DNA of 64,000 nucleotides from Mantamonas sphyraenae STR306 (GCA_026936335.1 JAPMXV010000057.1:62001-126000); one strand, 5' to 3'. Counted from the stretch's first letter, positions 12,364 to 25,407 are shown. The notes: generated by a model from the sequence alone, not told the origin. Made by a program: numbers and translations.

Positions 12364-14752
12364 TCACACATCCTTGCTCACTCCATCCATACGAGACAAC
12401 GGGGACGAGCCAAACGGGTTGCTGCGTTGGAGAGAGCGTGCCATGCTGCGCAAGCCAGCTTCGGCATCCTTCTCCGGAGCTTCCTTGGCAGCCCGCCTCT
12501 GCTGGCGCCATCGCCACAGGAACCGCACCACAGCCGACAGGAGCATTCCTAGGGCCAGCAGGGCACCGATGACCAGAAAGACAGTCGAAATGGGCACAAT
12601 GATGCTCTCGTTGACAAAGATGGCGACCACAGACGAGCCGGTGTCGATGATCAGGTGCAGATTGCCCTGACGAGGAGTGCCCACAGACACCTCTGCTGTG
12701 TAATGGATCCTGTCCAATGGATGCGCACGGATCACAGACGAAGGCCGTGCCAATCGCATGTGTTGTTCACTGCGACCGACAAGGGCAATCACACTGGTGT
12801 TCCCACGCTGCTCCGTCTCCTCCCATCGTGCCAGCACCCGCTTCACACGAACACGTTCCACACCGCCTCTCTCCATACTACCGAGCAACCTCCTCCGTGT
12901 CATTGTCTTTGATCGGACGTCTCCTGCCCTGCCATCACCCTTGGCATTCTCCGCGTTGCCTTGTCCAGCATCACCGTCGCCATCCCCATCCCCCGGAGAT
13001 TCCTTCCCACTGTGCCCATCATCCTCATCCCCGTCTCCTCCATCCTCATTGTCCCCTTTGCCTGGCTCTTCTGCGTCCACAGGAGGTGTGCCTGGCACAT
13101 ACTTGCGATTCCGTTTGGCAAACCCAATGGATGGCACTGCTGGGTTGTGCAGGTCATGAATGGTCACCACTGTGCGCAGGAACACATCCCCCAGAATCAG
13201 CATGTCCGACAGGTGGTGTCTTCGTGTGCGAATGGTGTCCACACACATGTACGCATCGTTGGTCGCCTCTGATCCCACTCTCCGCTTCTCTCCGCCTTCC
13301 CCTCCCTCACTCGCCCCACCATCCTCCCCGCCTCCATCACCCTCGGCTCCACTACGTCTTGGATCGCTTGATCCCGTGGAACCGTCCCTGTCCATCGATC
13401 GGATCAGCTCCTGGAAGGGAATCTCAAACTCGTGCCCTCCAATCGTCCTGTGGTCCACAGCGTGTCAGCCACCCCACACCATCCAACCATAATCACCCAC
13501 TTCCCACATCTGCAACGTACACAAACATGCTTGGCATATCCTTGACCAGGAACGGATGCAGTGCCACGGCTGCCGCAAACCGTTCCCACGGACTTTCCTT
13601 CAGAGTGCCGTTCACCGTTCCCGATGGCAAGATCTGAGCCAGCTGTGTCAGTCCACACCACCCCTACCCCCTCCAAACACACACACACACACGTCCATCA
13701 CCTACCAAACAGGAGGAGCCAGAATCCACCACACCCACAACCGTGCGTTTGCTGACCCCTGGTTGCCATGCCAGCAATTCCACTCCTCCAAACCGTACGC
13801 CTTCCACATGGATCCTGTACTGAGTGAACCAACACTCCCCTGGTTTCAAGCACTGATCCATGGTGTCTCCTGTCAGTGTCCCACACACACACACACACGA
13901 GACACACACTGAGGGACCCCACTCACCTCTGGAATCACTGCCGCATGAACAATCACACTCCCCTCTTCAATTGCCCGTGGATCATACCCTCCCAACTGGA
14001 TCTCGCCTGTGCAGCAGCCCCGTTCCGTGTCCGTGTGAGTCACACGCCTGGGCGTTTGCGGGGAAACAACTGTGCGCCACTTCCGCCCTGCTCTCTGGGA
14101 AAAAAATGAACCACCCACCGTCCGTGTCGGTCAACAGCAGAGTAAACACTCGCCTGTGAAGCATGTTCTGTCTAATGTTGATGCCCCAATCATCAGGAGA
14201 CAAGTCTCTGTTGTCTGGCCTCTCTGTGTCCTGGTCCAGAGCTGTTCTTGCCTGGTGAATCTCCTGCTCCGAGTGTCCCGGGTGTTCCTCTGCCACTGGG
14301 CCAATCATGCGCACCCCAGTCAGATTGTCAAAGAAGGCATCGGTGGCCACTCGCTTCTGTGATGCCTGTGGGCCCGTGTTCGATCCATCTGTGGCTGTGC
14401 CTGCTGAAAAGGTGGTGTGCTGTCGCAACCTGGGCCAAGGAAGGGCCCCGTTGCCCTGCAGACCCAACCCCAAGATCCCATCGTAGCCACGAAAGTGCAC
14501 ACTCTGTACAATGCATCCAATGCGTGTGCGCACGTAGTGTGACCCCAGTTGGACCACGTCGCTAGCCACATACCCGGCTATCCGTGACCCATCGATGTGC
14601 TGCTGGGCAAACGTCACAGGCACCCTGCCCCCATCTGAAGCCTCTGTGTACACCAGTCGGAAGGTGCTGGATTGTTCAGGAGAGAACCGAGTGGCCATGG
14701 TGATGCCTACTCCCATCAGGAGCATCATCACAAGCCATCCAGCCCCACGCAT
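12364..14752 (-). CDS. Pepsin-like (A1) aspartic protease, membrane anchored, apparently circularly permuted (multi-exon)
   Basis: Signal peptide MRGAGWLVMMLLMGVGITMA; FSPEQSSTF; GYVASDVV; YDGILGLG; GEIQLGGYD; VVDSGSS; LILGDVFLR..IGFA; then YTAEVSVGTPRQ..IIDTGSS and a TM helix at the C-terminus. Confidence 0.8.
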
Positions 14753-14960
14753 AGCTGCAGTATTGGTTGGCTCATCCAGCGGAGTGGGGGATGTGATGGG
14801 GGATGGCATGAAGCAGGAGGGCATGACACACGTCCATCCATGTCCTCCACCATGTGTGTCCGTGTGTGGGTGTCCGTGTGTGTGTGTGGATTCCTGTGTG
14901 GTAGCTCCACCCCACCCACCGTAAACCCCCACCCCCACCAACAACCACACCAAGCAAGTC

Positions 14961-16486
14961 ATGTCCACTGTGGAAGAGCTGCAGGCTCAAGTGGCACAGC
15001 TCAAGGCTGAGCTGGAGGCTGAGAAGGCCAAGAACACCACCACCACCACCACCAACACCAACACCACCACCACCAAGCGAGAAAAGATTGCCGAGATGAG
15101 TGCCGAGGTGGTTGATAGCAACCCATACAGTCGCCTGATGGCACTGAAGCGCATGGGTATTGTGGACAACTACCAACGCATCCGCGACTTTTCGGTGATC
15201 ATTGTGGGCGTGGGTGGTGTTGGCTCTGTGGCTGCCGAGATGCTGACCCGATGTGGCATTGGCAAGCTGATGCTGTTTGACTACGACACCGTGGAGATTG
15301 CCAACATGAACAGGCTATTCTTCCGCCCCGAACACGCCGGCATGAGCAAGACGGCGGCTGCCAAGGTCACCCTCCAGGACATCAACCCCGACGTGGAGAT
15401 CCATGACTTCTGCTACAACATCACCTCCTTGGACAAGTACCAGGAATTCATGCAGCTCATCCAGTATGGCAATCTCAACGGCGACGGTCCCGTCGACCTC
15501 GTCCTCTCCTGCGTCGACAACTTTGAGGCTCGCATGGCCGTCAATAGGGTCCGTTTCATCCCATTCCCTCCCTCCCCTTCCCTCTCTCCCTCTCTCCACT
15601 CTTCCATGTGGCCATCGTCCTTGGTCCACGTGACCCCATACCCTCCCACGGCGCCCAAAACAACCCGGCCCACGTGGCCCCTCGCAATTCCCCTCAGCCC
15701 CCATTTTTTTCCAGGTACCAGGGCCGTCCACTGACACGTGTGCACACACGCAAACGCACACCCACATGTGCGCATGCACCCTGTGCGTGTGTTTAGGCGT
15801 GCAATGAGCTGCGACAAAAGTGGATGGAGAGTGGAGTGAGCGAAGACGCCGTGTCGGGCCACATCCAGTTCATCATCCCCGGTGAGACGGCATGCTTTGC
15901 CTGTGCACCTCCGCTGGTGGTGGCCTCGGGCATTGACGAAAAGACCCTGAAGCGAGAGGGAGTGTGTGCTGCCTCCCTGCCCACCACCATGGGGATGGTT
16001 GCTGGCATGCTTGTCCAAAACACCCTCAAGTTCCTCCTGGGCTTTGGTGAGGTGGCCAAGTTCCTTGGTTACAACGCCATGCAGGACTACTTCCCCAAGT
16101 ACACCATGCTGCCCAACGAGGAGTGCTCAGACGACAACTGCATCATTGCCGCACAAGAGTACCAACAGTGGCTCAAGGACAATCCGCAGGATGCCCAGGC
16201 CTCTCAGGACGCTCAGGTCGACAAGAAGCCCAAGCATGCCGATGGTGACTTTGGCATCACTGTCGTCGGCACCTCCGACCCCGAGGACGACGACGCGGCT
16301 GCCGGTGCTTCTTCCTCCACCTCATCCGCCTCTGCCAACAACAACAACAAGTCCGATGAGGACCTGCCCCAGGGCCTTTCCTTCCAGTACGAGGTCAACA
16401 AGGACACCGTGGCTGACGAGGACATGGTCCAGGTCAACGAAGAGGCCGATCTCGCTGATCTCCAGGCACAGCTCTCTGCCCTCTGA
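14961..16486 (+). CDS. UBA5: UFM1-activating enzyme E1 (intron ~15549-15797)
   Basis: [58 protein letters not shown] and [13 protein letters not shown]. Confidence 0.97.
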
Positions 16487-16692
16487 TGAGCGTCTCAGCC
16501 CATGCAAATACAGTGTTCGCCGAGAGTACCGGCCCTCCGACCACCCCATCGATCCCATCCGCCTCTCCGCCCGAGCCCACGCATGCACACTGTAGTGTGT
16601 CCTTAAATTTTGATTCATGTTGAAATTACACAATCACACACAACATTGTCATTTTGGTTTCAATCAAAATTCTATTGTCCATTTCGCAAGGA

Positions 16693-19600
16693 TCACCTTG
16701 TCGACGAGGAGGACCCTCCTGCCAGCTCGCCCAGCTCCTGCTCGGCTTCGTCAAAGCTCTGCTTGCCCGTACGAAAGTCGATTCGCGTCCACGGGTCGAT
16801 GTGTTCGTTGCGCACGCCCTGGGTGACGACAAGGCAGTTGTAGTGCACACAGACGCCGTTGGGGAAGAAGGCAAACACCTTGTCGCCGATGTACTTGTCG
16901 CACACGGGGCATGTGAGCTGCCGCGTTATCCTCACCGGCTTGTTCTGCAGGCCAATGAGCTCGCTCTTGTGGTGCAGCTGTTCCATCTTGGCCACGTTCT
17001 TCAACACCTGACTTTCACGCAGCTTGTGCTGGCTCTGCGTCAGTGCCTTGACAAAGTAGTCTTGCAGCACGTCCAGCGTCAGGTCTTCGGGCAGCAGATC
17101 CAGCACCTTGGACGACTCCATCTTGTCCGTCTTGCTGTCCAGCAACTCCAAGGCCTTGACCTTGAGGGCGTGCGCCTGTTCGCTCTCTGGATCCATGCTT
17201 TCATCGCCTTGGAGCAGTACACGCATGAGCACCAGGTACAGATCCTGATCCGAATCCTCTCTGTTCTCCTCGCAGTACTCCTGAGCGCCTTCAAAGTCGT
17301 TCAGCTGAAACACGAGCAGCTTGAGTGCTTCCTCGTCCTGTTTCTGCTTGCCATACAGCAGGGCACACTCTTCGTACAGGTCTGTGTCACGAATATGCGA
17401 CAGCATCACCGGCACGCTGTAGTGGTTGCTGGCACGCAGAAAGTTGATCAGCTTGCCACGCACCTGGCCCAGCAGTCCTGCCTCGCTGCCTGGCTTGGGC
17501 CTGGGTCCCGACGTGGTGGGTGAGATCAACACCAACACGGTGTCAAGATAGAGCATGGCCAAACGAGTGTGCACATCCGTGTCCTCGTTGCCCACTGCCA
17601 CCAGATGCTCCAGATACGCCGTCACTGCCTTGTCCCCAAACCCCTCCAGGTGCTTCAACACCCCCGCCGGCTCCAATTCCGGATCACGTGCGGGTTCCGT
17701 AAAGATCTTGACGCCCAACTCCACCTCCTTGTCCAGGATCCACTTGGAATACTCAAACACCAGCGAGGCATCCGACAGCGTGCGCAGATAGTCCACACTC
17801 TCAATCAATCCGTCGTAGCCTGCCTCAAACAGTTCGTTCTTGCCCAGCTTACGCCACACCTGCAGTGCCTCCCGTGCGTGTTCCGTGCCTTGCGACCGAT
17901 ACAGCAGTGCCAGCGCGTTGTGTCGTTCCGCCTCCATCAACATCTGTTCCCCCTGCTTCAGATCCACGCTGTTCTCATCATCCAACAGGTCATGCAGGTC
18001 GTCCACACGCTCGTGCAACACAAAGATCTTGGCCAGCGCCGTGTCCACAGCCGCTTTGATTTCAGACAGCGCCTGCGATTTCCGCTGCTGCTTCAGATAC
18101 TCCACCAACGCCTCTTCTGCCTCGTGGATGTGATCATTCACACTATGTGCGGTGGAGACGGTTGTGGTCGTGTCAGCCATTGTGTGTGTGTGTGTGTGTG
18201 TGTGCGTGTGCCCTCACTCTACCCAGATGCACAAAACTCACATGGCACTCGTCTCTGTCTTGCCCTGAGTGCGCAGATAGTTGCGCACCACCTCTTTGAT
18301 ACTACTGCCCGAAGGTTGAATGCCATCCGGATTGCCACTCCACGCTGACCCGGACGACGACGACGACGACGAGGTGCCCGAGGTCGCCCCTCCAGCCTGC
18401 CCTCGCCCACGCAGGTTGCGCATCTCCTCACTGTCCAGAGACACCAAATGGGGAAACAGGGACAGAAGCAGGCGTGGATCGATGTCCGAGTTGCTAAAGT
18501 GGTCCATGGCCTGTGCAAACTGGACGTCGTTGAGCAGGACAAACCCTGCGTCGCCTTGCAACTGCCGCATGCGTGCAAACTTGCGTGTGTCGCCCCTCGA
18601 GTCTCCATACGCATCTTCCTCCTCCTGAGACGCCAGTTCCACCAGATTGATGGCCTCGCTCACTCGCTTTTCACTGATCAGTTGTTGCACCTGCTTCTCC
18701 AGCGCCACGGGACGCAGCAACACCACCTTGGTGTTGGAGGCCACGTACACGTTGTCGTTGTCAGACATCAGCTGGCCATCCTTAAAGGCAATGCTCTGCA
18801 CCAGCTGCTGGTCATACAGGTTGTACACATGGATCTGCTTCGACACCAACACAATCATGTAGGGCTCGCTAAAGGCAAGGAACACAGGGAACGCATCCAC
18901 ATTGATGGGTGGCTTCGTCATGGCTCCCTGTGTGTTGATGGCAGACACAAAGTACTCTTTGCCCTCCACACTGTGTGCAAGCAGAAACTCATCCTGGTGC
19001 ATCAACACCTTGATCACCGGTTTCTGATTCTTGCCCAACATGATGGGCAGTGGGTCCAGAGGCTCACCGGTCTCCGGATCGATTAGGTTGTACTCTCGCT
19101 TGTACCCTGCGGCAATCGTCGTCCCACACCAACCCAACACCAGCGCTGCATCCGGAATAAACGCCTGCTTCACCTCGTCAAAGCTGCCCGTGTACTCAAA
19201 CACAAGCAAACGGCGTTTGACAGACACACACAGTCGATACAGTGTGCTCTTCTTGTCGATTGCAAACCGGTTGGCCCCCTTGGCCTCTGCAATCGTGTCC
19301 AGACGCGTCAGATCAGACAGGTCGTGCACAGTCAACTGGTTGTCTGTGTGTGTATGTGTGCGTGTGTGTGTGTGCCACGTTAGCATTGCGTGTGTGTGTC
19401 CCAGCGCGGCGTTGGGTCCCTGCAGAGTGTCTATTCTCCCACCCAACTTACCACACAGCACAATCAGCTTGCCCGATTCGCCAAACACCTCCAGCTGTTC
19501 CACAGTCTTTTTCGTGTTGTGCACACTCATTTTGACCTCCAGGTATGTTTCGAACGATTGCTGTGCGTGTGTACAGGCACCCAGTGTGTCGGCGGGTTGC

Positions 19601-20096
19601 ATCAAAGGGTTTTCCCCTCTCTGCGTGTCTTCCTCCACCTCCCATGCTTCCTCCCTCTCCCGTCTCCGTTTTCCCATCCCTGCACACTTACGCTGATCGA
19701 TGATGACGTCGTCTTTTCAATGCGGTACAGCAGGATCATGCCGTCCGTCGTTCCCACATACAAGTTGTTCTCTGTGAAAAGCAGCCGCCCACCGCGCGTC
19801 AGCCAGGCTCTTCCCGCCCCCTCCCCTCCGTCAACAACAACCCCCATCCCATACAAATGATGATGAAGATTGTGCCCAGCTCCCCCAACTTTGCCCCGCC
19901 GCCCATCCCTGTGCATGCAACCCTCCCCCTTCACGCTCCCATCACCATTATCCTCCTCTCCCGCCATCCTCCTTCCTCCCGCCCTTTCCAACCAAAACTC
20001 ACCGTACGAATCCAGTGCCGAAATCTTGCCCGAGGGCAGCCTGTTGATGAGCTCGTACGTTTCAAACGCCTCGTACGTGCCCGACGAGCTGCTCAT
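16693..20096 (-). CDS. Vps39/Vam6 or TGFBRAP1 (Vps3)-like HOPS/CORVET subunit (CNH, clathrin-like repeat, C-terminal RING-like)
   Basis: N-terminal YEAFE..LYVGTTDG CNH domain, HTRLAMLYLD, and C-terminal CPVCDKYIG..FAFFPNGVCVHYNC; at least 3 introns. Confidence 0.88.
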
Positions 20097-20204
20097 GGCT
20101 GGATTTTGTTTTGGGGGAAGCAGCGGACGCCGCGGGTTTTGTTGTGTTCCGAGTTCATGCTCTCTCTCCACTCACTCACCCAGCACCCACCCACTCTTGT
20201 TCAC

Positions 20205-23200
20205 TCACGACTTGACAAACTTCTCCACCCGTGCAGCAATGTGCTTGCCGTAGGTGTAGCGGCGCAGCTGCGGCAGGTAGGGCTTGATGTTGTCCACCAG
20301 GTAGAGCTGCTCGTCGTCGCGGAGCACCTCCACCAGCCGCTGCACCACGTAGTTTGCATAGCGGTCCTTCATCATGATCAGAAGGGCCTCGTGCTCGTCG
20401 TCGTTGCAAATCTCCTCCATGATGGCCACCCGTTCGTCCTGCTTGCCGTACTGCACGCACTTTTCAATCACGTTGCTGGCAAACTTGTGTTGGCTCATCT
20501 TCAGGATCTGACCCATCATCCGTTCGATGATCTGACTCTTGTCGCCCTGGGTGCCATACACCAGAATGTGCTGGATCACGTAGTTGCCGTACTGGTCCTG
20601 TACAAGCCCCTGCGTGCACTGCATCAGCTCGTCCATGATCGGTGCCACCTGATCCTCGTCGCACCGTTCCAGGATGCGTTGGATCACACGGCAGCCGTAC
20701 GGATGCACTGCCAGGTCGTACACCTGGTTCTTGAAGCTGTCCACAAGGAATTGGATCCGTTCCGGCGGAATCTGCTCGATGCACTTTTGCACCACGTGGT
20801 TCCCGTTCTGGTCCTTCACACACTTCATCACATTGCCGTCCAGCTCACGTGCAATCTTCACCTTGGCCGACAACTTGAGAGTCTCGAGTGCTTTTTGGAT
20901 CACGCGGCACCCGTACATCTGCAACGCCAGCGTCAGGATGTTCCCTTCCAGCAACTCGGCCAGTTCCGCCTGCTGCTCGCTGCTGCCAAACTCAAAGAAC
21001 TTCTGGATGACGTAGTTGCCAAACACGTCCGTCATCAGCTGCATGGCGTCCGGCAACACTTCGCGGAACACCATGTCCTTGTCCGCCTGCGTCGACACCT
21101 CCAGTTCCTGTTGGATGAAGCGTGAGCCGTGCTGGTCTGTGGAAAACTCCACAAAGTGCTTTTGGATGTCGTTCAGCGTGTACGCACGGTTCTTGTTCGA
21201 CGACTTGAACTCGTCCAACAGCTTGCTTGACGAGCGCGTCGACTCCACGTTCTGTCGTCCACGCTTGCCACGGCCCTTGCCATTGTTTCCATTGTCGTTG
21301 CCGTTTCCGTTGCTGCTTCCGTTGCCGTTGCGTCCTCCGCCACCCTGTCCTCCCGCTCCTCCTCCTCCTCCCGATCGCTCCTCGCGATCGTTGCCACGGC
21401 GTCCACCTCGCTCTCGTCCTCCACTTCCACCACGACCTCCACGTCCTCCACGTTCGTGGTTGCCATCGTCACTGCCTCCACTCACGTTGTTGTTGTTGTT
21501 GTTGTTGTTGTTTCCGTTGTTGCCGTTGTTGCGTCCTCCACGTTGGTTTCCGCGCTGGTTGCCACGCTGCTGCTGCTGCTGGGTCGTCTGCTGTCCCGCC
21601 TGCTGCTTGCTGTTGTTGTTGCTGCTGCTGCTTGTGCTGCTGCTAACACTGCTGCTCACACGCGGTCCTCTCGACGCCACCGCATCGGCGTAGTCCATGG
21701 GCCGTTTGCGTTGCAGCGGCGCAGAGGCGGCACTCTTGCTCTCCACCTCCTCCTGCTGTCCCTCCTGCTTTCTTGTGCCGTGGTGACTGTTGCCGTTGTT
21801 CGACTGCTGTTGGTTGCCTTGATTGGCACGTCCGTTCACATCGCCGTCGTTCTGCTGCTGCTCGTTGTTCGGCTGCTGCTGCGACTGCTGCGACTGTTGT
21901 TGTGGGTGCTGTTGCACCTGTTGTTGCTGCGGCTGCTGCTGCTGCTGCTGCTGCTGCTGAGGGTGGCCTTGTTGCTGCTGTACCTGCTGTTGAGGGAGGC
22001 CCTGCTGCAGCGGCTGCTGCTGCTGGTAGCCGTACCCTCCCTGTTGTTGGTACTGCAGCTGCTGGTTGTGTGCCATCTGCTGCTGCTGCTGCTGTTGCTG
22101 CTGGGCCTGCTGCTGCTGCATGTGCATGTGCTGCTGTTGCTGCTGCTGCTGCTGTTGTTGCATCTGCTGAATATTAAACATAGGCATCAGCTGCTGGCCG
22201 TCGCTGTACATCATGCCTGCGGACATGGGCATGCCAAACTGAGTGTACATCGGCATGTGCATGTTCGCATTCACGTAGTAAGGATTGTACATGTTGTGCT
22301 GGGAGCCAAGCACGTTCCCATACTGCATCTGTTGAGCCTGCTGCGCCTGTTGCTGCTGTTGCTGCACCTGCTGCGCCTGCTGTTGGTTCATCTGCTGTTG
22401 GTTCAACGGTTGCTGCGACTGCTGCAGGTGTCCCTGCTGCGCCTGCTGCTGCTTCGCCTGCTGCTGCTGCTGTACATGTCGCCCGCCACCGTTGGTGTCC
22501 TCGTATGCCACAGATCCTCCTCCAAACATCTCATCAAACGACGCCTGCGTACCTTGGCTCTGACTCTGGCCCTGGCTCTCGCCCTGCTGGCCCTCGTCGT
22601 TGCCTCCGCCGCCGCCGCCGCCGTTTCCGCCTCCGCTCTTGAACACGTCGGCGTAGCTGCGGCGTGCAGATGACTGCGACCCCGTGTGCTGGCCTTGAGA
22701 CGTATGTTGTGTATGGTTGTTGTTGTTGTTGTTGCTGTTGTTGTTGCTGCCGCCAAACGCCTGCTGTTGTCCACCGCCTTGTGATTGCTGCTGCGCCTTC
22801 TGCTGCACCTGGTTCAACTGTTGTTGAACCTGTGCCTGTGCCTGTTGCATCTGCTGCACCTGTGCCTGTGCATGCTGCTGCTGCTGCTGCTGTTGTTGTT
22901 GTGCCTGCTGCGATTGGCTGTTTTGATCTACAAGGGAGGTCCCTTCACCTCCTCCTCCTCCTCCCCAGGCTCCAAACGACCCAAAAGGCGTGTCATCATC
23001 CACCATGCCGAATGAGTTCTGAGTGTTGCCTGTGCTCGGTCCAAACGACGACGACCATGCGCTCCAGTTGCCATAGCTGGGCTGGCTGCTGTCTCCAAAC
23101 CCGTCGCTTCCTCCGCCCCCACCTGTCGTCATGCCACCCATCATGGAGCCCATGCCACCCATGCTGCTCAACATCGAGCTGCCATCTTCAGGCAGTGGCG

Positions 23201-24124
23201 GCGGCAGACGTGGATCCCGCGGGTACGTGGAAAAGTACAGTTGGTGGTAGTCGGCCGAACGTCGCATCTCTTCCGTGATGTTGTTGTCGAACGACGGGAT
23301 GCTCAGGTCCGTCTGTGTGTGTGGATGGCCATCCATGTCCAAGCATGTCATGTTGTCAATCCATCAAGCCCATTCCCGTGTCTGTGTTAGTCTTCTAATG
23401 CCTCTTCCACGCCCCACTTGCGTTTTGCGATCCGTCATCCATTTTTCTGGCCTTTCTGGCCCCACGCCGCTGCCAACCACCGCGGCGTTTGTCGCTCCAC
23501 ACACGCCCTGTCGCTGCCCTGCTGCATGCCATATGGCCATACAACGCACGCACGCCAACGGGGTGCCTGTGTGGCAACCCATGTGTACTGCATGCGCTCT
23601 GCAGCGAGGCCCCCACGTCGCGCCAAAAAGAGGGAAAATGCTTTTGGCGGGACGGGCCAAACGGCTGTGCCAGGCTCCCGTGGCACAAGGCCATGAGCGG
23701 CGACAGTGTGCTGTGTGCAACAGATGACAGTGCACATGGACGTGTGTGTGGTGCCAAGGCGTGGGCCACGTGTGGTCCGTGTGTGTGTGTGTGTGCGGCC
23801 GTTGAAACTTACAAACTGGTTGTGCGAGACGGCAGGCGCGGAGCTGCTTCGGTTGTCGCCTAGAGTGAACAGATCGCCTGTGCTCATCAGCGACGACGTG
23901 TTGCTTGCTCCCAGCGACGTTCCATCGTAGTCCAAGCCGTTGCCCTGCTCGTGGTCTTGTTTCTGACCCGTCAGGCTGCTATGCACACGAGAATTGCTTG
24001 CAATGGGCGTCACAAACGCTTCGCGGTTCATGTACTCGCTGAAGCGGCTCTCACCCGCATCATCGTCCACACTCAGCGTCTCGTGCAGAGAGCGACCGAT
24101 GATATCCTCGGGGAAATTGCTCAT
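20205..24124 (-). CDS. PUM: Pumilio/PUF RNA-binding protein (intron ~23313-23812)
   Basis: Eight PUF repeats (DQHGSRFIQQ, DVFGNYVIQK, YGCRVIQK, DQNGNHVVQK, HPYGCRVIQR, DQYGNYVIQH, HKFASNVIEK, DRYANYVVQR); Q/N/G-rich N-terminus; exon 1 NRSSSAP and HQLYFS..RDPRLPPPL motifs. Confidence 0.95.
21487..22910. repeat. Coding trinucleotide repeats (CAG/CAA/AAC) giving poly-Q/N tracts in Pumilio
   Basis: (TGC)n and (TGT)n runs visible on the + strand. Confidence 0.85.
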
Positions 24125-24172
24125 TTACAAAATTTGTATGTTCAGGGTGTGCAATTTCGTTGGATCCGCTCG

Positions 24173-25351
24173 CTACGCATCTTCGCGCCACACACGCCGC
24201 TCCACCACATCCACACGCAACCCATGTGCACGTGTCGAATCGCACTGCTTGCACCTCAACACCAGATTGGCCTCTCCATACTCCTCATCTGCTTCCACGC
24301 TGGCCAGCAGATGGGCCACAAAGCGAAGGTCCACCCTGTGTAGTTCTCCCCGCTCCTGCGCCGCCTGCACCGCCTTGACCACCACATGCACCTCCACACT
24401 GTGGTCCAACGTCCAATAATTAGAACGCACCTCTTCGTGTGCATACAAAAAGTCGATGTTGGCCCGATACGGACACGCCGCCCCGGCAAACGACCCCTGA
24501 CACGCACGCACTCCTGCGTAAAACTCCAGGAACGGTTCCTTGTAGTGTGCATCAAAGAGATCCAGCATGGCTGCCCATTCGTCTGCTCCCAGGATCCCAC
24601 CACGCACGAGTAGGCTCTGAAATCGGCCTCGGAACGTGGCCCACTTTTGCTTTTCCCGTTCCACCACATCCTTGTCCATCATCCGTCGCCTTCGTTCATC
24701 CCCATGCCAGCCCGCGTTCCCTTGGCCATTGTTGTCTTGGTCCACCACCGCCTCCCTGCGCTGGCGCACCCGTCCCACAAACCGCACCACCTCTTCCCGC
24801 TCCTCTTCGTTCAGATCCTCAAACACCCCGGCCAGCGCCTCCTTGCTTGCCTCCTCCTCTGCCTCCAACGCCCGGTACTTCTCTTTGTACATGCCCCCTG
24901 GACGCTTGGGAGCCTCGTTTGTTGACTGTCCAATGCTGCTGCTGCTGCTGCTGCTGGCAAAGTACGGTGACACGTCGCTGCTGGACGACGCCTCCTCTGC
25001 GTCCAACTGCCCTGTGCTGTCCAAGCCACTGGTGGGAACTGATGGCACATGACAGCTGTGCATCAGAGCTTGTTTGATGCGAACCAGCAACCTCTGCTTG
25101 TGCTCCACTCGCTGTCGTTTGCGACTCTGCTCCGCTGCCGCTTCCTTCTCCGCCTGCTCTTGCTCCCATTCCTGTCTGCTCACCGCCTCCACCCGTTGCA
25201 ACAGTTCCAATTCGTCCATCAGCAGCTGTTGCTGTGTTTGTAGCCAGTGCCGTTGCTGCTCATCCACCTCGTGTCGTCGTCGTCGCTTCCCACTTCCTGT
25301 CTCCTCCTCCAGGAGACCACTCTCCACCAACATCTGCTCCTGGGCATCCAT
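24173..25351 (-). CDS. Putative DFF40/CAD-like beta-beta-alpha-Me nuclease with coiled-coil N-terminus
   Basis: C-terminal CQGSF....CPY, WTLDHSVE, VDLRFVAHLL and NLVLRCKQCDSTRAH match in order the caspase-activated DNase catalytic domain (CQGPF....C, WNLDHIIE, VDWEYFY.LL, NLKLVHIVCHKKTTH, recalled from memory). Confidence 0.65.
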   Translation of the reverse strand: MDAQEQMLVESGLLEEETGSGKRRRRHEVDEQQRHWLQTQQQLLMDELELLQRVEAVSRQEWEQEQAEKEAAAEQSRKRQRVEHKQRLLVRIKQALMHSCHVPSVPTSGLDSTGQLDAEEASSSSDVSPYFASSSSSSSIGQSTNEAPKRPGGMYKEKYRALEAEEEASKEALAGVFEDLNEEEREEVVRFVGRVRQRREAVVDQDNNGQGNAGWHGDERRRRMMDKDVVEREKQKWATFRGRFQSLLVRGGILGADEWAAMLDLFDAHYKEPFLEFYAGVRACQGSFAGAACPYRANIDFLYAHEEVRSNYWTLDHSVEVHVVVKAVQAAQERGELHRVDLRFVAHLLASVEADEEYGEANLVLRCKQCDSTRAHGLRVDVVERRVWREDA

Positions 25352-25407
25352 GTGTGTGTGTGTGCGTCTATTATTCTTGCTCCTTTCCTTCTCTCTGAAG
25401 CGGGTGT

